Source: Planctomycetota bacterium (GTDB lineage: Bacteria > Planctomycetota > UBA1135 > UBA2386). Taken from it: a DNA stretch of 64,000 nt. Of this stretch, positions 57,578-64,000 are shown in pieces. The translations under genes and the position numbers were made by a program. Under the pieces are notes generated by a model, which had not been told where the DNA came from, ran no database searches, and worked only from the letters and a program-made list of their open reading frames with translations. Every line of letters starts with the position of its first letter. Position 1 is the stretch's first letter. Location of the stretch: positions 6,464,001 through 6,528,000 of the forward strand of contig OZ245838.1 in NCBI GenBank assembly GCA_965228735.1, written 5' to 3'.

Positions 57578-59037
57578 CGGCGCCCGCCGACGTGCCGCAG
57601 GAAGGCGTGCAACTCGCCGAGGCGACGGCCGGCGCGCCGCCCGTTCCCGGCTTCGCGAGCCGGCGCTTCCACTTCGTCGGGGTCGCGGGGGCTGGCATGA
57701 GCGGCCTCGCGCGACTGCTGCGCGGCATGGCGTGCGAGATCAGCGGCAGTGACTCGACCGACGGTCCGCAGCTGCAGCAGCTCGTCACCGAGGGGTGCGA
57801 TGTCTGGGCCACGGGGCGGCCCGAGCGCATCGCCGGCAGCGACGGCTACGTGATTCGGAGCGCCGCGGTGCCGAGCAGCGACCCGGAGGTGCAGGAGTGC
57901 GTGCGGCGTGGCTTCACGTCGCTGCTCTACGCCGAAGCGGTGGGGCGGCTCAGCGAAGGGCGCCGCACGCTCGCGATCGGCGGCACGCACGGCAAGACGT
58001 CGACGACCGCGCTCACGGTCGCCGGGCTGCGCGCCGCGGGCCTCGACCCGTCGCATCTGATCGGCGGCGACGTGCCCGAGTTCGCGACGGCAGGTGGTGT
58101 GGGCGGCAACGGGCATGGCGGCAAGAGCTCCGAGTTCGTCGTCGAGGCCTGCGAGTTCAACCGCAGCTTCCATTCGTTGCGGCCGTTCGGCGCGGCGATC
58201 CTCAACCTCGATCACGACCACTTCGACTGCTACCCGTCGACCGAGGAACTCATCGACGCGTTCGCCGGCTACCTCGCGCGCGTGCGTCCCGGCGGGACGG
58301 CGCTCGTCGACGAGAGCGTGCCGCGCGGCGTGCTCTCGAGTCTGCGCAACGACGTGACGATCCTCACGGTCGGCGCCGGTCTGTGGGCCGACATCCGCGC
58401 GATCGAGGTGAGCGAGGATCTCGGCCGGTTCTCGTTCGTCCCCGTCGTCCACGGCGACCGATTGGAGCGGGTTCAGATGGCGATGTCGGGTCGCCACAAC
58501 ATGCAGAACGCGCTGTTCGCGCTCGGGCTCGCGCACGTCGTCGGGGCCGATCTGCAGCGCGCCGGTCGCGGCATCGGCGACTTCGGCGGCGTCAAGCGCC
58601 GTTTCGAGGTGAGCCGCGGCCCCCGCGGTGGCGTGCTCGTTAACGACTACGCGCACCACCCGGTCGAGATCGCGGCGACGCTGCAGGCAGCGCGGCGGCG
58701 CTTCCCCGGGCAGCGGATCGTCGTCGCGTTCCAGCCGCACCAGTTCCAGCGCACGCGCTACCTGTTGCCGCAGTTCGCCGAGGCGCTGAGCGCGGCGGAC
58801 CTGACGCTCGTCGTCGACATCTACGGCGCGCGCGAGAGCGCGGATGCGCAGGCCAGCGTGTCGGCGCTCGACCTCGTCGAGGCCGTGCGCGAGCGCGGTG
58901 GTCGCAGCGAACGGGGCGGGAGCATTCAGGAGTTGCCCGCTCGCGTCGCCGAGCACTGGCAGCCCGACGATGTCGTGCTCGTGCTCGGTGCGGGGGACGT
59001 CGACCAGGCCGTGGAGGCGATCGTTGCCGGAATCTGA
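57574..59037 (+). CDS. murC: UDP-MurNAc-L-alanine ligase
   Basis: GVAGAGMSGLA, GTHGKTST, EACE, DHDH, DYAHHP, FQPH, GAGD. Confidence 0.95.
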   Translation: MTAPADVPQEGVQLAEATAGAPPVPGFASRRFHFVGVAGAGMSGLARLLRGMACEISGSDSTDGPQLQQLVTEGCDVWATGRPERIAGSDGYVIRSAAVPSSDPEVQECVRRGFTSLLYAEAVGRLSEGRRTLAIGGTHGKTSTTALTVAGLRAAGLDPSHLIGGDVPEFATAGGVGGNGHGGKSSEFVVEACEFNRSFHSLRPFGAAILNLDHDHFDCYPSTEELIDAFAGYLARVRPGGTALVDESVPRGVLSSLRNDVTILTVGAGLWADIRAIEVSEDLGRFSFVPVVHGDRLERVQMAMSGRHNMQNALFALGLAHVVGADLQRAGRGIGDFGGVKRRFEVSRGPRGGVLVNDYAHHPVEIAATLQAARRRFPGQRIVVAFQPHQFQRTRYLLPQFAEALSAADLTLVVDIYGARESADAQASVSALDLVEAVRERGGRSERGGSIQELPARVAEHWQPDDVVLVLGAGDVDQAVEAIVAGI

Positions 59038-59956
59038 CCGCGAGCCGCAGTCCCGATCCGAACGGTCGGCCGAGCTGTCGACCGCGCTGCAGTCGATCCG
59101 CGGCGCCGTGCGGCAGAACGTGCAGCTTGCGCCGTTCATGCACCTGCGGATCGGTGGTCCCGCGGAGTGGTTCGTCGAGCCCTACGCCGAGGAGGATGCG
59201 GCCCGGGTCGTCGCGATCTGTCACGAGCTCGGCGTGCCGATGCGCGTGCTCGGCGGCGGCAGCAACGTCGTGATCGCGGACCGTGGCCTGCCCGGCGTCG
59301 TGCTCTACCTCGGCAACCTCAACCGCATCGTGCGCGACGGCGAACGCGTAACGGCCGGCGCCGGGTGCACGTTGCCGAGCCTCGTGCGCGCGACCAAGGA
59401 GGCCGGGCTCGCCGGACTCGAACGCCTCACGGGCGTGCCGGCCCAGGTCGGCGGAGCAGTCGCGATGAACGCCGGCACGCGTGACGGCGAGACCTTCGAT
59501 CTGCTCGTCTCGCTGACCGTCGTCGAGCCGGACGGCACGATCGTGGTGCGCGGGCCCGATGCGTTCTCACCGCGGTACCGCAACGGCGGTCTCGGGGACG
59601 CGATCGTGCTGCAGGCGGCGTTCGAACTCACGCCGGACTCACCCGACGCGATCTTCGAGCGCTTCTCCGCGAGCCTGCAGAAGCGCAACGCGTCGCAGCC
59701 CGTGTCGCAACGCAGCGTCGGTTGCGTGTTCCAGAACCCGGAGAACGACGCGGCGGGGCGGCTCATCGAGGCGGCCGGCTGCAAGGGTATCAGTGAGGGC
59801 GGCGTCGAGGTGAGTCCAGTGCATGCGAATTACTTCGTAAACTCGGGCGACGCGAGCGCCGCGGAGTTCCTCGCGCTCATGCGGCAGGTGCAGGCCCGCG
59901 TGCGCGACCAGTTCGGCGTCGAACTTCGCCCCGAGGTCAAGCTCTGGGGCTTTTAG
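59024..59956 (+). CDS. murB: UDP-N-acetylenolpyruvylglucosamine reductase
   Basis: IGGPA, LGGGSN, GGAVAMNAG, SVGCVFQNP, HANYFVN, LRPEV. TTG start approximate. Confidence 0.95.
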   Translation: MPESDREPQSRSERSAELSTALQSIRGAVRQNVQLAPFMHLRIGGPAEWFVEPYAEEDAARVVAICHELGVPMRVLGGGSNVVIADRGLPGVVLYLGNLNRIVRDGERVTAGAGCTLPSLVRATKEAGLAGLERLTGVPAQVGGAVAMNAGTRDGETFDLLVSLTVVEPDGTIVVRGPDAFSPRYRNGGLGDAIVLQAAFELTPDSPDAIFERFSASLQKRNASQPVSQRSVGCVFQNPENDAAGRLIEAAGCKGISEGGVEVSPVHANYFVNSGDASAAEFLALMRQVQARVRDQFGVELRPEVKLWGF

Positions 59957-60118
59957 CGGTTGTGGTCCGTCGCCACCAGACCGCGGTGTCATGGTCGCTA
60001 CGAACGGCCGTGCGAATCGCGATCGTCGCGCCTCGGGATCTCGCGACGGGACTCCCTTGCAAGCGCGGCGAACTTCCCGGACGCTAGGTTCGATACGCCT
60101 TCTGCTATGAGGAGCGCC

Positions 60119-60514
60119 ATGGACGAGCACGTCGTTACCATCGAGTTCAAGGGTCGCCACGACCACATCTCCGAGCGGATGAAGGAGCACGCGACCCACA
60201 AGATCGGTCGCCTGTCCAACTACCGCGATCGGCTGACGCGGATCGAGGTCGTCGCGGATCACATCCACGACAACCCGGAGGTCGAGCTCATCGTGCACCT
60301 GACCAAGGGGGCGCCGATCGTCTCCAAAGAGCACAGCACGTCGTTCTCGGCCACGATCGATCTGCTCGTCGACAAGGTCGACACCCTGCTGCGCAAGCAG
60401 AAGGAGAAGGCGATCGACCGCCAGAAGCACCGCGCGGACAGCTCCGTCGCGCCGGAGCTCGACGGCCGCGACGACGAAGAGACGTACGAAGAAGCGGTCC
60501 GCAAGTCGCTCTGA
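60119..60514 (+). CDS. hpf: Ribosome hibernation promoting factor (short HPF/RaiA)
   Basis: IEFKGRH...KEHATHKIGRL...ATIDLLVDKVDTLLRKQKEK. Confidence 0.85.
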   Translation: MDEHVVTIEFKGRHDHISERMKEHATHKIGRLSNYRDRLTRIEVVADHIHDNPEVELIVHLTKGAPIVSKEHSTSFSATIDLLVDKVDTLLRKQKEKAIDRQKHRADSSVAPELDGRDDEETYEEAVRKSL

Positions 60515-60572
60515 GCGCTGGCCCCGACTGGGCACTGGCCCCGACTGGGCGCTGGCCCCGACTGGGCACTGG
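60515..60572. repeat. 17-bp tandem repeat, about 3.4 copies
   Basis: GC(G/A)CTGGCCCCGACTGG at 60515, 60532 and 60549, partial at 60566; G and A alternate. Confidence 0.9.
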
Positions 60573-60668
60573 TGAACGTACCGAACCCGCCAGCTTTGGC
60601 TCACGGTTCGTCCCACCCCCCGGGTGAGACAAGCCGTGAGCCAAAGCTGGCGGGTTCGGTATGTTCAC
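60572..60668. repeat. Imperfect 97-nt hairpin (47-bp arms, CCC loop); REPIN/PATE-like
   Basis: 60572-60618 pairs with 60622-60668 with 4 non-Watson-Crick positions (2 G.T, 2 C.A). Confidence 0.88.
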
Positions 60669-60796
60669 GACCGGTCCGGGGTTCTGGCCTGGCATGGGCC
60701 GTTCCGCGCCGGCAGCGGCCACGGCGAGCAGCAGGATTTGCCTTCGGGAGCGGCGCGGCGTTGCTTTCCGCCCGCCATTCCCGACACTGCTCGCCC

Positions 60797-61267
60797 ATGA
60801 TCGGACAGGTGGTCCAAGACGCCCGGCTCGTGCCGGAACTGCAGGCTCAGAACAAGGAAGGCGCGCTCAAGGAGCTCATCGGCCACGCCCAGGAGGCGGG
60901 CGCGTTCCCGAGCAAGTCGCTGAAGGCGATCTCCAAGCTGCTGCACGACCGCGAGGCGATCGGCAGCACCGGCCTCGGCAACGGGGTGGCCGTGCCGCAC
61001 GTGAAGTCGGACGCGGTCAAGGAGCCGACGCTGGTCCTCGCCCGCAGTCACGCCGGGCTCGAGTGGCAGGCGATCGACGGCCGCGCGGTCCACATCATGT
61101 TCATGCTGGTCTCGCCGGCGGACGAGCCCGAACGCCACCTCGGCTACCTGCGCTGGATCTCGAGTCTGGCGCGGAACTCGGACTTCCGGCGCTTCCTGCT
61201 CGATGCCGACGACGAAGCCGGCATGCGCGACCTGCTCGTCGAGATGACGCCCAAGGACGCCTCGTGA
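60797..61267 (+). CDS. ptsN: PTS EIIA (Ntr/fructose-type)
   Basis: REAIGSTGLGNGVAVPH, AIDGRAVH, HL..L. Confidence 0.88.
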   Translation: MIGQVVQDARLVPELQAQNKEGALKELIGHAQEAGAFPSKSLKAISKLLHDREAIGSTGLGNGVAVPHVKSDAVKEPTLVLARSHAGLEWQAIDGRAVHIMFMLVSPADEPERHLGYLRWISSLARNSDFRRFLLDADDEAGMRDLLVEMTPKDAS

Positions 61268-61551
61268 GCGAATCGGAAGCGCAGACGCTGCGCGTGACGC
61301 TGACCAACAAGCACGGGCTGCACGCGCGGCCGGCCCACCTGTTCGTGCAGACCGCCAACGCCTACGCGAGCAGCCTCGAGGTCGGCCGGGCCGACAGCGA
61401 GGACCGCGTCGACGGCAAGTCGATCATGGGGATGATGATGCTCGCGGCCGAGTGCGGGGTCGAGCTCGAACTCAAGGCCACCGGTCCGGACGCCGACGCG
61501 CTGCTGCGCGCGCTCGAAGAACTCGTCCAGGCCGACTTCGGCGAGGACTGA
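61264..61551 (+). CDS. ptsH: Phosphocarrier protein HPr
   Basis: NKHGLHARPA (His15), DGKSIMGMMML (Ser46), GPDA. Confidence 0.93.
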   Translation: MSESEAQTLRVTLTNKHGLHARPAHLFVQTANAYASSLEVGRADSEDRVDGKSIMGMMMLAAECGVELELKATGPDADALLRALEELVQADFGED

Positions 61552-61666
61552 GCGCGGCGGCGCTCTGGACGTCCGGTCCTTCCGGTTCGTGGCGCCCCGA
61601 CCGGGGAACCTCGCAGATCCTTCGGATCTCTTGCTCGCGTCGACCGTTGGCATGAGAGTGGAGGTG

Positions 61667-64000
61667 ATGTCCATCCGCGTTGCCCTGCACCACCGAACGA
61701 GCTACTCGTACGACCGCCTCGTCGAGCTCGGCCCGCAGGTCGTCCGACTGCGCCCGGCGCCGCACTGCCGAACGCCGATCTCGGCGTACTCCCTGCGGGT
61801 GCGGCCGAAGAAGCACTTCCTCAACTGGCAGCAGGATCCCCTCGGCAATCACGTCGCGCGCTTCGTGTTCTCCGAGCCGACGCGCTCGCTCGAACTGGAG
61901 GTCGACCTCGTTGCCGACCTGCAGGTGATCAACCCGTTCGACTTCTTCCTCGAGCCGTTCGCGGAGGAGTTTCCGTTCACGTATCCCGCCCAACTCGCGC
62001 AGCAGCTCGCGCCGTTCCTGCGGCGGGACGAGGCCGGGCCGTTGTTCGCCGCGTTCCGTGGCGAGGTGGATCGGACGGCGCGGCCGACGACCGACTTCCT
62101 CGTGCTGATGAACCAGCACGTCAACCAGCGGCTGGAGTACGTCCTGCGGCACGACCCCGGTGTGCAGTCACCGGAGGAGACGTTGACGCTGGGCCGCGGC
62201 TCGTGTCGCGACTTCGCGCTGCTCCTGCTGCAGTTGCTGCGGCATCACGGGGTCGCGGCGCGCTTCGTTTCCGGCTACTCGATCCAACTCGTGGCCGACC
62301 AGAAGCCGCTCGAAGGTCCGGTGGGCGTCGCCGTCGATACCGTGGACCTGCACGCGTGGGTCGAAGCGTACTTGCCCGGGGCTGGCTGGGTCGGACTCGA
62401 CGCCACGAGCGGCCTGTTCGCTGGGGAAGGTCACATCCCACTCGCGTGCAGCGCCGAGCCGCACGATGCGTCGCCGATCGCCGGCAGCCTCGACGACTGC
62501 GAGACCGAGCTCGACATCACGATGACCGTGGAGCGTCTGCGGGACGTGCCACGCACGACCAAACCGTTCTCCGACGAGCTGTGGGATCGCCTGCTCCGCG
62601 TGGGCGACGCGGTCGACGAGCGTCTCGCTGCGGGCGACGTCAGGTTGACGATGGGGGGCGAACCGACGTTCGTGTCGATCGACGACTATGTCGGAGCCGA
62701 GTGGAACACGGCTGCCGTCGGCGGGGCCAAACTGGAGCTCGCGCACCGACTGATGGGACGCCTTCGCGACCGGTTCGCCGCCGGTGGCTTCGTGCAGTTC
62801 GGTCAGGGCAAGTGGTACCCGGGCGAGTCGTTGCCGCGCTGGGCGATGACGTGCTACTGGCGGCCGGACGGCGAACCGATCTGGCAGGACCCGCGGTGGA
62901 GTCACGATCCGTCGGCCACCGGTTCGCAGACGGTCGCGCAGGCGCGGCAGTTCGCGGAGACGTTGGCGAAGAACCTCGCGACCGATGCGTCGCACGTGCT
63001 CGCTGCGTTCGAAGATGTGGGCTACTATCTGTGGCGTGAGGGACGGTTGCCGGCCGACGTCGATCCGACGAACCCGGAACTCGAGGACGCCGAGGAGCGG
63101 GCGCGGATCGCACGGGTGTTCTCGCGCGGGCTCACGACTCCCGTGGGGTACGTGCTGCCGCTGCAGCGCGTCGCGGCCGGGAGTCGTCGAATCTGGCAGA
63201 GCGGCCTGTGGATGCTGCGCAGTAAACACGTGTTGCTCGCGCCGGGTGACTCGCCGGTCGGGCTGCGACTGCCGATGGCCTCGTTGCCGGCGAGATCGAC
63301 CGCGGCGTGGTCACCGGAGCAGCCGCGCGACCCGATGGAGCCGCGCGGTCCGCTGCCGCCCGCGGGCCGGGTGCAGCCGCAACGGGACACGACATCGGTC
63401 GACGGGCCGGACGGCGGGGCGCGCAGCGAGCAGGTGCCGCCGAGCGCGACCGCGGCGGCGGGTGACGCGGTTCGGACGGCATTGGTGGTCGAACTGCGCG
63501 ACGGCCGGGTGCACGTGTTCCTGCCGCCCGTCGCGTTGGCCGAGGATTTCCTCGATCTCGTGGCCACGGTGGAGCGGACCGCGGCGGAGGTCGGATTCGC
63601 GGTCGTCGTCGAGGGCTACCCGGCACCGCAGGATGACCGGCTCGCGCTGCTGCGGATCACGCCCGACCCCGGCGTGATCGAGGTCAACGTTCAGCCGGCT
63701 GCGTCGTGGCGCGAGCTGGTCGAACTGACGACCGGCCTGTACGAGGACGCCCGGCAGAGCCGACTCGGAACCGAGAAGTTCCTCGTGGACGGCCGGCCGA
63801 TGGGCACCGGCGGCGGCAATCATGTCGTCGTCGGGGCGGCTCGGCCGCAGGACAGTCCGTTCCTCCGGCGGCCCGATCTGCTGCGGAGTCTGCTCGGCTA
63901 CTGGCACAACCACCCGTCGCTCAGCTACCTGTTCTCGAGTCTGTTCATCGGCCCGACGAGCCAGTCGCCGCGGATCGACGAAGCCCGGCACGACTCCCTG
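61667..64000 (+). CDS. Transglutaminase-like / DUF2126 family protein, partial (runs off right edge)
   Basis: GGAGG RBS; MSIRVALHHRT..Y...RLRPAPH...NWQQDP...INPFDFF; GSCRD, DLHAWVEAYLPGAGWVGLDAT; TMGGEPTFVS; TPDPGVIEVN; GTGGGNH; HPSLSYLFS..FIGPTSQSPR. Absent from the ORF track. Confidence 0.92.
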   Translation, partial: MSIRVALHHRTSYSYDRLVELGPQVVRLRPAPHCRTPISAYSLRVRPKKHFLNWQQDPLGNHVARFVFSEPTRSLELEVDLVADLQVINPFDFFLEPFAEEFPFTYPAQLAQQLAPFLRRDEAGPLFAAFRGEVDRTARPTTDFLVLMNQHVNQRLEYVLRHDPGVQSPEETLTLGRGSCRDFALLLLQLLRHHGVAARFVSGYSIQLVADQKPLEGPVGVAVDTVDLHAWVEAYLPGAGWVGLDATSGLFAGEGHIPLACSAEPHDASPIAGSLDDCETELDITMTVERLRDVPRTTKPFSDELWDRLLRVGDAVDERLAAGDVRLTMGGEPTFVSIDDYVGAEWNTAAVGGAKLELAHRLMGRLRDRFAAGGFVQFGQGKWYPGESLPRWAMTCYWRPDGEPIWQDPRWSHDPSATGSQTVAQARQFAETLAKNLATDASHVLAAFEDVGYYLWREGRLPADVDPTNPELEDAEERARIARVFSRGLTTPVGYVLPLQRVAAGSRRIWQSGLWMLRSKHVLLAPGDSPVGLRLPMASLPARSTAAWSPEQPRDPMEPRGPLPPAGRVQPQRDTTSVDGPDGGARSEQVPPSATAAAGDAVRTALVVELRDGRVHVFLPPVALAEDFLDLVATVERTAAEVGFAVVVEGYPAPQDDRLALLRITPDPGVIEVNVQPAASWRELVELTTGLYEDARQSRLGTEKFLVDGRPMGTGGGNHVVVGAARPQDSPFLRRPDLLRSLLGYWHNHPSLSYLFSSLFIGPTSQSPRIDEARHDSL

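Noticed and set aside
60515..60572. Possible CRISPR array
   Set aside because: The 17-bp units are contiguous with no unique spacers and no cas genes are nearby; it is a simple tandem repeat.
61649..61664. Sigma54-like TGGCAT upstream of the DUF2126 gene
   Set aside because: It lacks the -12 GC (reads GA) and overlaps the RBS.

Overview
High-GC bacterial chromosome segment, probably Planctomycetota/PVC. This assignment is inferred from the gene content: HEAT-repeat and DUF1570-type proteins, a PF01704-type UDPGP, a stand-alone NnrE, and a dcw cluster with a LysM gene but no ftsQAZ. About 55 genes are supportable. From left to right: a Gfo/Idh/MocA plus radical SAM pair; two tandem paralogous Ig-like lipoproteins; a Deg-type protease; a DUF2961/GH172 protein; a YtrA-type GntR/ABC/S41 peptidase/esterase operon with a perfect operator; three small stress membrane proteins behind a sigma54-like promoter; a methyltransferase, UDPGP, recG and nnrE; a hipBA-like toxin-antitoxin pair with an AT-rich multi-operator region; rlmD and an EamA transporter; a HEAT-MoxR-DUF58-Bat operon followed by a beta-propeller/HExxH protein; a reduced dcw cluster (mraZ to murB, lacking murD, ddl and ftsQAZ); hpf-ptsN-ptsH; and a partial transglutaminase/DUF2126 gene that is missing from the ORF track. 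The most striking unexplained structure is a pair of intergenic 97-nt hairpins (43049-43145 and 60572-60668). Each has 47-bp arms, a 3-nt loop and a shared CGTAC(G/C)GAACC...GGTTC motif, resembling REPIN/PATE-like non-autonomous elements. No rRNA, tRNA, CRISPR array or transposase gene was seen. All product calls come from motif recognition by eye; no database search was run.
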